This document shows positions 29,824-37,890 of a stretch of DNA of 64,000 nt, piece after piece. The translations under genes and the position numbers were made by a program. Position 1 is the first letter of the stretch; every line of letters begins with the position of its first letter. This DNA is from an uncultured Verrucomicrobiota bacterium. GTDB lineage: Bacteria > Verrucomicrobiota > Verrucomicrobiia > CAZIPW01. The notes under the pieces are model-generated. The model made no database searches and was not told the DNA's origin. It was given only the letters and a program-made list of their open reading frames with translations. Location of the stretch: the NCBI GenBank assembly GCA_964541675.1, contig CAZIPW010000001.1, positions 1,447 to 65,446 on the forward strand, written 5' to 3'.

Positions 29824-29852
29824 CTATATATTAAGACTCGTCATAACAACAA

Positions 29853-30164
29853 CTAAGATGCTTGGACTAATTCAAACGAGAGGGGTTGCTTGGTTAGTTT
29901 TTCAACCAATGGTGAGGGGAGTGTACTCTCTTCCACACAGGATTTACACAAATACACGCAAAAAAATCTGTCCGTCTTGCGCGTAAGCAGGCTTTTCAAT
30001 TTCGACTCAAATTTTGTTCTTTCTTTGGCGTATAACTTTCCGATGAATACGCGGTGGGATAACTGCATAAGCCCGTAGTCTCTGCACCATACTCTTGCCC
30101 TGTTGAGACACCTCCGGTTACGTGTCTCCCATCCAATCAGGACAAAGAAGGGGAAATTATTCAT
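29853..30164 (-). CDS. cas2: CRISPR-associated Cas2 (divergent)
   Basis: Overlaps the cas1 stop by 8 bp; 103 aa; VLIGWET...RARVWCRDYGLMQLSHRVFIGKL...DRFFCVYLCKSC matches the Cas2 layout (YD replaced by WE). Confidence 0.8.
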   Translation of the reverse strand: MNNFPFFVLIGWETRNRRCLNRARVWCRDYGLMQLSHRVFIGKLYAKERTKFESKLKSLLTRKTDRFFCVYLCKSCVEESTLPSPLVEKLTKQPLSFELVQAS

Positions 30165-31167
30165 GGGAGGAAAGCAAATCGACGACGTCAAAGGCTTTAT
30201 ACCGGGTTTCCCTACCAATAAAATAACGCGCCAAAAAACGAATTTGTTCTTCAATAATCCGTTTTAGAGAGCATCTCTTCTTCTTCCACTGAGCATTGGC
30301 ATTTAGATTCTTGAAGACAGCCTCGACGACAATGCCTTTGCCTGCCGCCGAAAGCTGATTTTGACCTTCTTTGTTTTGCTCAAAGAATTCCGATTTGACG
30401 CGTTTATCGGCAAAAATAGGAAACAGGGCGGCATCAACAATAGGCACGCGAAACTCTTCCACAAGGTCGCAGACAAGAGCAGGTTTGCCATACCGTTCGG
30501 TGTGGTACAGGCCAACGTACGGGTCAAGTCCCACATAAAGGCACGCGCGTTCGACTTCATTGTACAGTATCCCGTAACCGTAGTTAAGCATACTATTGTA
30601 TTTGTCATGTCCCTGTGGCGCTCGTCCGGGGAACCGGCACAATTTTTTCAGACAGCTGAAATATCGATCAGCGATATAGCCCTCCATGCCCAAGAGCTGT
30701 TCTTTGCCCTTATCGCTGACGGACAAAAAATCAATCGAATCAAAGATTGTCTGGGCTTGAAGCAGCTCCACGGAGAAATCCCTCTTGTATTGATAGCCCA
30801 GATAACGAATATAGCTGATTTGGTTCGCGCATTTGCCTTGGACCAACACTTTTGCGAGATCGAATGATTTCTCGTGGCTGTTCGAGATTTCCAATTGGGA
30901 CTTCCTAATACTGGCCAGTCCCTTCGGTTCGCTGGAAAAAAATCGCCCCATTGGTCTGCCAAAAGCGCCGAGATATACAATATCGACATCGTGGGCAAGA
31001 GCCAATTGAACTGCGTGCGTGGTCAGGGACGCCGGGCGTAGGATGACTATCTTGTCCAGTCGACGAATGGGATATTCCTTCTTCTCCTTTATATCGGGAA
31101 ACGAGAGGGCGATGCGTTCGCCCGTGGTGCCAATCTTAGTACCGTAAGTGTCTATAAGTAAGTCCAT
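30157..31167 (-). CDS. cas1: CRISPR-associated endonuclease Cas1
   Basis: QLLGMEG...YF, NSMLNYGYGILY, GLDPYVGLYH, LVCDLVEEFRVPIVD; catalytic E/H/E present. Confidence 0.96.
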   Translation of the reverse strand: MDLLIDTYGTKIGTTGERIALSFPDIKEKKEYPIRRLDKIVILRPASLTTHAVQLALAHDVDIVYLGAFGRPMGRFFSSEPKGLASIRKSQLEISNSHEKSFDLAKVLVQGKCANQISYIRYLGYQYKRDFSVELLQAQTIFDSIDFLSVSDKGKEQLLGMEGYIADRYFSCLKKLCRFPGRAPQGHDKYNSMLNYGYGILYNEVERACLYVGLDPYVGLYHTERYGKPALVCDLVEEFRVPIVDAALFPIFADKRVKSEFFEQNKEGQNQLSAAGKGIVVEAVFKNLNANAQWKKKRCSLKRIIEEQIRFLARYFIGRETRYKAFDVVDLLSSHE

Positions 31168-31315
31168 AAGTTTAATACGTGAGAACTATAAGGTAACATA
31201 TACCTAACAGTAAGTAAAGGACAAAAACTCGTTTGCAATGCACTGATACAAATTTTTCCAAGATCTCTTGCTCAGAACAAAGTGCGTTCACCGATCGAGC
31301 CCCCTCCCAAATTTC

Positions 31316-31480
31316 TGCTATAATACCGCCTGACTGAAAAATTGTTCTCTGACATTTTATTTCTCCACGACAAGCGCTGGAGAACCGTATCGGGGAAAGT
31401 ACGCCACGTCCCATCCAAGAATGTCCACGCCCCGATATAATTAAGCAATAAAGCACTAATCTTCACTGTAAAACAGTGAG
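31316..31480 (+). ncRNA. Putative small structured RNA divergent from cas1
   Basis: Extended -10 TG-C-TATAAT (31316-31324), 8-bp stem TATCGGGG/CCCCGATA (31388-95/31430-37), terminal hairpin TCACTG-TAAAA-CAGTGA (31463-79). No expression evidence. Confidence 0.3.
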
Positions 31481-31512
31481 ATAGCAGTGATGATAAGGCA
31501 ATATCGGTATCC

Positions 31513-32085
31513 TTATGAAATGATCTTATTGTCTGCCCTATTTTTCCACTCCGGGAACCACAGCTTGATCTCTTCCTCCGCCTCCGCGGCATTTCCGGAT
31601 GAGTGCACCAGATTGTACAGCCCCCGATACTCCATGTTCGCCGATACCGCCGTCTCGATGCAGTAGTCCCCGCGGATCGTGCCCGGTGCAGCCTCGGCTG
31701 GAACCGTCGGCCCCGTGATGCGCCGGACATTCTTGATGGCAGACGTCCCGCTCCAAATCATGGCAACCACGGGCCCCATCATGATATAATCGACAAGCCA
31801 CTGGCGGATCTTCGCCCCCATCTTCTCGGGCTCCTCGCTGCCAAAGACCTTCATGATTTCACCCTGTTTTCCGACTTCGGTAAAATTGCGGACTGCTATG
31901 TTGCCGATGCGGCTCATCAGCTCCGGGGTGGCTGGGTAATGTTTCTCAACCAGTTCCCTGGTGGCGCTCATCATCTTCATAGCCTCCAATTTCAGACCGA
32001 TTCTCTCAAGCCGGGAAACGATTTCTCCGACCAGCGCGCGTTTAACCCCATCGGGCTTTACCATCACAAAGCTTCTCTCTGCCAT
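31513..32085 (-). CDS. ndk: Nucleoside diphosphate kinase with a long internal insertion
   Basis: ERSFVMVKPDGV, GPVVAMIW, PGTIRGD, NLVHSS (phospho-His). Confidence 0.93.
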   Translation of the reverse strand: MAERSFVMVKPDGVKRALVGEIVSRLERIGLKLEAMKMMSATRELVEKHYPATPELMSRIGNIAVRNFTEVGKQGEIMKVFGSEEPEKMGAKIRQWLVDYIMMGPVVAMIWSGTSAIKNVRRITGPTVPAEAAPGTIRGDYCIETAVSANMEYRGLYNLVHSSGNAAEAEEEIKLWFPEWKNRADNKIIS

Positions 32086-32199
32086 AAATGGATCAAACAT
32101 ACCAATCAGGCCATATACTGTCAAGTTAGGCTTGAAGAGGAGAGGGTTCTGTCTCAAGCTAGAAGCGGAGCTTATCCCTCAAAGCTTCCGTTTACACGT

Positions 32200-33948
32200 G
32201 TGACTACCCCCGCCCAAGAGCTGCAGTTCAAAGGCATTCCCGCTTCGGCTGGGGTGGCGAATGCGTCGGCCTTTGTCTTGACGCAGGAAGAGGTGGCCGT
32301 CCCCAGCTACCAGATAGCCCCTGCACAGGTAAATAGCGAGATTGCGCGTTTCGAACAGGCTATTATGGAGACGCGTCGGCAGCTGTTGGGACTGCGGGCT
32401 GAACTCACCAGACGTGTGGGAGAGTCGAGCGGAGCGATCTTTGACGCGCATCTATTGGTCCTTGAAGACCGCGCCATCATAGAGGAGACCCTCGGCTTTA
32501 TGAAAGAAAGCCGTTGCAACGTGGAACAGGCCTTCTACACGGTTGCCAAAAGATACATCGATGCCTTTCTGAAAGTGGAGGATACCTTTATCCAGGAGAG
32601 GGTGGCAGACATCAAGGACGTCTCCCGCAGGCTCATACACAATCTGCTGGGGAAGAATCTACCGCTGACCTACCGGATGGAGACGCCGTCGATACTTGTG
32701 GCGCGTGATATCAGCCCCAGCGAGGCCGCGCTCCTGGAGTCCGGCAAGGTCATGGCGGTTGTCACCGAGTTTGGGGGGCGCACGGGACACGCCTCAATCA
32801 TTGCCCGGGCTCTGGGGGTTCCCGCCGTTGTTGGCGCGCGCGGCATTTTGGGAGCGGTCAAGACCGGTGTGCCGCTTCTGGTGAACGGCGGGCTTGGCGA
32901 GGCCTTTATCTATCCTTCGGAAACCACCTTAAGCGCGCATGGCCGTGATAGCGGCGTGTGGGTACGTCTGCGCGAAAACTGGAAATCGTCAGCCAAAGAA
33001 CGGGCAAAGACGCGCGATGGCGTCTGCCTGGAGGTCCAGGCCAACGTGGAGTCTCCCGATGAAGCGCCCGCGGCTCTGGATTGCGGGGCGGAGGGGATCG
33101 GTCTTTTCCGCACCGAGTATATGTTCCTGCGCCAGGAAAAATTTCCCGAAGAGGAGTTCCAGACGCTCTCCTATGGAAAATTGCTGGAGGCCTTCTCCGG
33201 CAGAACCGTGACCATCCGCACGCTCGATCTGGGCGGGGATAAAAAGCTGGGCAAATATTTCGATCGCAATGAGAAAAATCCCTTCATGGGCTACCGCGCC
33301 ATCCGTTTTTGCCTGGAGAACCGCACGCTCTTCAAGGCGCAGTTGCGCGCACTTCTCCGCGCGAGCGTGCGCGGAAATCTCCGCATCATGTTCCCGATGA
33401 TCAGCGGGGTGGGGGAGCTTCTGGAGGCCATCAACGTCTTGGACGAGGCCAAAAGAGAACTCTCCGGACTGGGCATTTCGTACGCCAGGAATATTCCCAT
33501 TGGCGCCATGATAGAGGTTCCCTCCGCGGCGCTGACGCTGGATCAGATTGCCCGGCACTGCAGTTTTGTGAGCATCGGCACGAACGATTTGATCCAGTAT
33601 CTGCTGGCCTGCGACCGGGTGAATGACAGGATCGCCTATCTGTACGAGCCCTCCCATTTGGCAGTCGTGCGGACCCTCAAGCAGATCATCGATACGGCGA
33701 GGTCCAGAAAACTGGAGGTATCTCTCTGCGGTGAGGTGGCCAGCGACGGCGTATACCTGCCGATGCTTGTCGGCCTGGGTTTGCGCAAGCTCAGTTTGAA
33801 CTTCCGCAGCATCCCCGAGATCAAACATCTTGCCAGGCAGCTCAAAGTCCGCGATTGCGAGAGGATGGTCGGCGAATTTCTAAGGAACCCCCAACGCAGC
33901 CTGCTTGAGACCCTGCGTCCCAAATATGGCGAATTGGTGAAGAGCTAA
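32200..33948 (+). CDS. ptsI: PTS enzyme I (PEP-protein phosphotransferase)
   Basis: GIPASAG, GGRTGHASI (phospho-His), GIGLFRTEY, RTLDLGGDK, SIGTNDLIQY, CGE; start approximate. Confidence 0.93.
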   Translation: MTTPAQELQFKGIPASAGVANASAFVLTQEEVAVPSYQIAPAQVNSEIARFEQAIMETRRQLLGLRAELTRRVGESSGAIFDAHLLVLEDRAIIEETLGFMKESRCNVEQAFYTVAKRYIDAFLKVEDTFIQERVADIKDVSRRLIHNLLGKNLPLTYRMETPSILVARDISPSEAALLESGKVMAVVTEFGGRTGHASIIARALGVPAVVGARGILGAVKTGVPLLVNGGLGEAFIYPSETTLSAHGRDSGVWVRLRENWKSSAKERAKTRDGVCLEVQANVESPDEAPAALDCGAEGIGLFRTEYMFLRQEKFPEEEFQTLSYGKLLEAFSGRTVTIRTLDLGGDKKLGKYFDRNEKNPFMGYRAIRFCLENRTLFKAQLRALLRASVRGNLRIMFPMISGVGELLEAINVLDEAKRELSGLGISYARNIPIGAMIEVPSAALTLDQIARHCSFVSIGTNDLIQYLLACDRVNDRIAYLYEPSHLAVVRTLKQIIDTARSRKLEVSLCGEVASDGVYLPMLVGLGLRKLSLNFRSIPEIKHLARQLKVRDCERMVGEFLRNPQRSLLETLRPKYGELVKS

Positions 33949-35144
33949 TGATCTAGCAACTCCCGGATCCACTTCCCGTGCGGTCCAGAGAGCGGAATTT
34001 GCGCGAGCTTCCTTTTGCCTATCCAACGCAGCCTCTTGCCGCCTGAGGCGGCTTGTCCTGTCCCGACCCGATGGATAATCTCCGTGATTTTGTATTTGGT
34101 GATGCCGCGGTGTTTTCTTAAAAGCTCTTTGCCCGGCCTCCTGACGCCGAGCGCTTCAAGCGTCGGCAGCTCCCAAAGCCCGTATAAATTTCCTGTCGCG
34201 GCCGATCTTCCCGGGTGACTTTGCTGCAACAGGATTTTGTCCCCGTCGTATATCCAAGCCCGCCTGACGATCTTTTCCTCGGTCTTCCTCGGCTCAAAGC
34301 GCGGGAGTTTTTCCGCGATCCGCAGCGCGTGTCCCCTGCATAGGCCTTTCATGGGGCAGCTTGCACAGGACGGATTTGCCTTGGTGCATACCAGCGCGCC
34401 GAATTCCATCATGGCCTCGTTGTGAAGTGCGGGATGTTTTTGATTCAGAAGTTGATCGGCATTCTCCTGAAACTCCGGCATTGCCGCGCTTGAGCTTTTA
34501 AATGGCTTGTCTATCCCCAGTAGCCGCGAAATGACCCGCACTATATTTCCATCTACGCAGGCCACAGGAACATCAAAGGCCAGGCTTGCGATGCTGCGCG
34601 CGCTGTATTTGCCGATTCCCGGCAGCGCGTCAAGATCCTCCACGTCCCGCGGCAATTCCCCGTGGCGTTCCTTCATCACGGCCTGCGCGAGTTTCTTTAG
34701 ATTTCTGGCGCGCGTGTAGTACCCCATTCCCTGCCAGGCTTTCAGAACCTTCTCTAAGGGGGCTTTTGCGAGGGCATCAAAGGTCGGGAAGAGTCTCATC
34801 CAGTTGTCGTAGTATTTTAGAACTGTATTTACCTGTGTTTGTTGCAACATGACTTCGCTGACGACAACGGAATAAGGATCGCGTTTAACAGTATCGGACA
34901 GACTGTCAGCGTATGCCCTTTGCATAGCACCCACCCCCCTTTCCCCCTCCCTCTGGGCGGGGGTGTTGGACGGGGGCCTGCGGCCCCCTGTGTGCCCCAC
35001 TGTACCTTGAAGACTCCTTGCGGTTGGGGCGGGTAGGGGGTGGTGGGTGCACCCCGATCCCGTTCTCCACGGCAACGCCCTTTTATTTGCCGCGAACCAT
35101 TTTAGCAGCCTTTTTTTAAATTCTCCTGTATTGAACTCTTTCAT
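33945..35144 (-). CDS. mutY: A/G-specific adenine glycosylase with a ~55-codon in-frame palindromic insertion
   Basis: LPWR...DPY..VSEVMLQQT, LPGIGKY, VDGNIVRV, Fe-S motif C-X6-C-X2-C-X5-C. Confidence 0.95.
   Translation of the reverse strand: MKEFNTGEFKKRLLKWFAANKRALPWRTGSGCTHHPLPAPTARSLQGTVGHTGGRRPPSNTPAQREGERGVGAMQRAYADSLSDTVKRDPYSVVVSEVMLQQTQVNTVLKYYDNWMRLFPTFDALAKAPLEKVLKAWQGMGYYTRARNLKKLAQAVMKERHGELPRDVEDLDALPGIGKYSARSIASLAFDVPVACVDGNIVRVISRLLGIDKPFKSSSAAMPEFQENADQLLNQKHPALHNEAMMEFGALVCTKANPSCASCPMKGLCRGHALRIAEKLPRFEPRKTEEKIVRRAWIYDGDKILLQQSHPGRSAATGNLYGLWELPTLEALGVRRPGKELLRKHRGITKYKITEIIHRVGTGQAASGGKRLRWIGKRKLAQIPLSGPHGKWIRELLDH
34927..35050. repeat. GC-rich palindromic element inside mutY
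   Basis: Arms GCACCCACC (34927-35) and GGTGGGTGC (35042-50) with further C-run/G-run pairing and an internal GGGGGCC-TGC-GGCCCCC hairpin. Confidence 0.8.
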
Positions 35145-35168
35145 CTTACCTGCCATATTTTCCCTCAA

Positions 35169-36110
35169 ATGAATTTCAAAGGCAAGAGATCCTCCGATGA
35201 AGCCGACGCTGGACCCAAACCGCAGACTCTCTACACCCTGAAAATTACCCCTGAACAGGCCGCCAAGCTAAAGGCCGCGCTCGAAAAACGTCTCTGGTAC
35301 GAGAAGGCCGTTCCCTACGCGCGCTTTTCCTACGAGGGCAACAAGGTCCAGGTAACAGCCTACGAGAGCGGCAAGCTGGTGGTGCAGGGCAAAAATACCG
35401 AGGAGTTTGTCCAAAACATTCTCGAACCGGAGGTGACGGGCGAGGCGCTCCTGGGTTACGATGACGTTCATCACCCCGAATGGTACGAGCTGCACGCCGG
35501 TTGCGATGAGGCGGGGAAGGGCGATGTCTTTGGCCCTCTGGTAACGGCTAGTGTGGTGGCTGGCGGCGATCAGGTAAGGGAGTTCATAAAGGTCGGCATC
35601 CGCGACAGCAAGAGGATCTCCGATGGCGAGATCATGAAGCTCGAAAAGATCATCCGCGGGATGAAGGGAGTGGCCGTGGCGACAGCCGCCTGTTCAATGG
35701 AGAAATACAACGAGCTGATGGGCAAGCCCGGGGCGAATCTCAACAGGCTGCTTTCGTGGCTGCATTCGCGCTCTCTGGGGGATGCCTTGAGCGAAAGAGA
35801 TGCCCCGTGGGGACTCCTCGACCAGTATGCCAAGCGCGACAACGTGGACGAGTATTTAAAGCGTCCGGATTTTGAGTTAAGGCGCCGGACGAAGGCCGAG
35901 AGCGATCCGGTGGTGGCGGCGGCTTCAGTCGTGGCTCGCGCGGGGTTCCTGCGGGGGATGCGGAATTTGTCGGAAAAGGCCGGGGAGAGGCTCATGAAGG
36001 GCGCGAGCTTTGAGGCCCAGAAGCAGTTTGCCAAACTGCGCGAGAAACTTGGTCCCGAAGCGATGTCCCAATACGCCAAGCTGCATTTCAAGCTGAAGGG
36101 GATAATGTAA
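35169..36110 (+). CDS. rnhC: Ribonuclease HIII
   Basis: TBP-like N-domain (YESGKLVVQG), GCDEAGKGDVFGPL, IRDSK, VAAASVVAR. Confidence 0.93.
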   Translation: MNFKGKRSSDEADAGPKPQTLYTLKITPEQAAKLKAALEKRLWYEKAVPYARFSYEGNKVQVTAYESGKLVVQGKNTEEFVQNILEPEVTGEALLGYDDVHHPEWYELHAGCDEAGKGDVFGPLVTASVVAGGDQVREFIKVGIRDSKRISDGEIMKLEKIIRGMKGVAVATAACSMEKYNELMGKPGANLNRLLSWLHSRSLGDALSERDAPWGLLDQYAKRDNVDEYLKRPDFELRRRTKAESDPVVAAASVVARAGFLRGMRNLSEKAGERLMKGASFEAQKQFAKLREKLGPEAMSQYAKLHFKLKGIM

Positions 36111-36177
36111 TTTATATAACCCCACTTCCTTCTGGCCTTTTCCCCGGCAATCACCTAGACTGGGGCTTTCTACCACT

Positions 36178-37677
36178 ATGAGCGCGCCCTCCCCAAAACC
36201 CGCCACCGCCATCTCGCCAACCCGCGCGGAAAACTTTCCGGAATGGTATCAGCAGGTCGTGCGCGCCGCCGACATGGCGGACAACTCCGATGTGCGCGGC
36301 TGCATGGTGATCAAGCCCTGGGGCTATGGTGTCTGGGAACTGATCCAGCGTGAGCTGGATCGCCAGATCAAGCTGACAGGCCACAAGAACGCCTACTTTC
36401 CGCTCTTCATTCCTCTCAATTACTTTACCCGCGAGGCCAAGCACGTCGAGGGTTTTGCCAAGGAGTGCGCGGTTGTCACCCATCACCGGCTCGTCTCCGA
36501 CGGCCAGGGTGGCCTCATTCCCGATCCCAAATCCAAGCTCGAAGAGCCCCTGGTGGTGCGCCCCACCTCCGAGACGATCATCGGGGCCTCTTTCTCCAAG
36601 TGGGTGCAGTCCTATCGCGACTTGCCTCTTCTCATCAACCAGTGGGCGAACGTCGTACGCTGGGAGATGCGCACGAGAATGTTCCTGCGCACGTCCGAGT
36701 TTCTCTGGCAGGAGGGGCACACCGCCCACGAAACTTCTCAGGAGGCTGTCACCGAGACAATGAAGATGCTGGAGGTGTATGTTGACTTTGCAAAAGAATT
36801 CCTGGCCGTTCCCATGATTCACGGTTCCAAGACGGAATCTGAGAGATTTGCTGGTGCAGTGGAGACCTACGCCATCGAGGCCATGTCCCAGGACAAGAAG
36901 GCCATACAGGCCGGCACCTCCCACTTTCTCGGACAGAACTTTGCCAAGGCCAATGAAATCAAATTCGTGGGCCGCGATAACAAAGAGGCCCACGCGTGGA
37001 CGACCAGTTGGGGTGTCTCCACCCGCCTGATCGGCACCATGATCATGGTTCACAGCGACGACAACGGCCTTATCCTGCCTCCTCCTGTGGCTCCCGCGCA
37101 GATTGCCATTCTGCCCATCCTGAGCAAGCCCGAAAGCCGCGAGAGCGTCCTCAAGGCCGCTCAAGAGCTTAAACACAAATTGGAGTCGCAGAGCACGTTT
37201 GGTTCGCCAATTCGCGTGGAGCTGGATACCCGCGATATCGGGGGCGGCACCAAGAACTGGGAGTGGATCAAAAAGGGCGTGCCCGTGCGTGTTGAGATCG
37301 GACCCCGCGACGTGGCAAGCGGCAACCTTGTCTACTCGATTCGCAGTGACGAGACAGGCGCAAAGAGTGCCTCCTCGCAGGCCGACTTTGTTGCGAATAT
37401 CTCCAGGACGCTTGTTTCCATCCGCGACGCGATGTATGCCAGGGCGCTGAAGTTTCAAACCGACAATACAAAGGAGGTCTCGACCCCTGAGGAGTTGGAG
37501 AAGTTCTTTGCTTGCGCCGAGAAGTCCGGCACGCCGGGCTTTGCGATCACCCCCTGGGAAGGCTTCGAAGGCCTGGAAGAAAAGATGAGAGAGAAGTTTG
37601 GCGTTACGGTTCGCTGTCATCCTTTGGATAAACAAATCAACGGCAAACAGGCGGCCATCTGGGCGCAGTCGTATTAA
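36178..37677 (+). CDS. proS: Proline--tRNA ligase (archaeal/eukaryotic type)
   Basis: VRGCMVIKPWG, RPTSET, FLRTSEFLWQEGHT, QAGTSHFLGQNF, SWGVSTRL. Confidence 0.97.
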   Translation: MSAPSPKPATAISPTRAENFPEWYQQVVRAADMADNSDVRGCMVIKPWGYGVWELIQRELDRQIKLTGHKNAYFPLFIPLNYFTREAKHVEGFAKECAVVTHHRLVSDGQGGLIPDPKSKLEEPLVVRPTSETIIGASFSKWVQSYRDLPLLINQWANVVRWEMRTRMFLRTSEFLWQEGHTAHETSQEAVTETMKMLEVYVDFAKEFLAVPMIHGSKTESERFAGAVETYAIEAMSQDKKAIQAGTSHFLGQNFAKANEIKFVGRDNKEAHAWTTSWGVSTRLIGTMIMVHSDDNGLILPPPVAPAQIAILPILSKPESRESVLKAAQELKHKLESQSTFGSPIRVELDTRDIGGGTKNWEWIKKGVPVRVEIGPRDVASGNLVYSIRSDETGAKSASSQADFVANISRTLVSIRDAMYARALKFQTDNTKEVSTPEELEKFFACAEKSGTPGFAITPWEGFEGLEEKMREKFGVTVRCHPLDKQINGKQAAIWAQSY

Positions 37678-37751
37678 GAGGAATCGGAACTGCCCGCCTC
37701 TGCCTTCGGACCACGGTGCAGCAACTTTTCTTCCATTCATGAAAGAAAATC

Positions 37752-37835
37752 TGGTAGGAGCTGGATTCGAACCAGCGAACCGCAGAGCGGAACTGATTTA
37801 CAGTCAGCGTCCTTTAGCCACTTGGATATCCTACC
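37752..37835 (-). tRNA. tRNA-Tyr(GTA)
   Basis: GGTAGGA/TCCTACC acceptor stem, anticodon arm with loop CTGTAAA, long variable arm, GGTTCGAATCC T-arm; CCA not encoded; upstream TTGCCA-18-TAGAAT. Confidence 0.96.
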
Positions 37836-37890
37836 GACTGAAGACGTTTATTCTAGCCAAGCAGCCGGTTGTCTGGCAAGCTCTTTAGTC

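Noticed and set aside
28339-31167. Canonical casposon
   Set aside because: cas1 lies outside the inverted repeats, a cas2 is present, there is no family B polymerase, and no target-site duplication is visible (TTAGTCAA left vs CTATATAT right).
29775-31393. 10-mer ACCGTATCGG (and 8-mer CACGTCCC) shared between the insert edge and the cas1 upstream region
   Set aside because: Too short, and the two words are in inconsistent relative orientation; compatible with chance.
31172-31456. 94-aa ORF upstream of cas1 as a small Cas or anti-CRISPR protein
   Set aside because: No motif, atypical composition, and it overlaps promoter-like and hairpin sequences; more likely non-coding.
31603-32199. ~200-aa N-terminal extension of PtsI
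   Set aside because: It is the antisense of ndk; homology to enzyme I begins near 32200.
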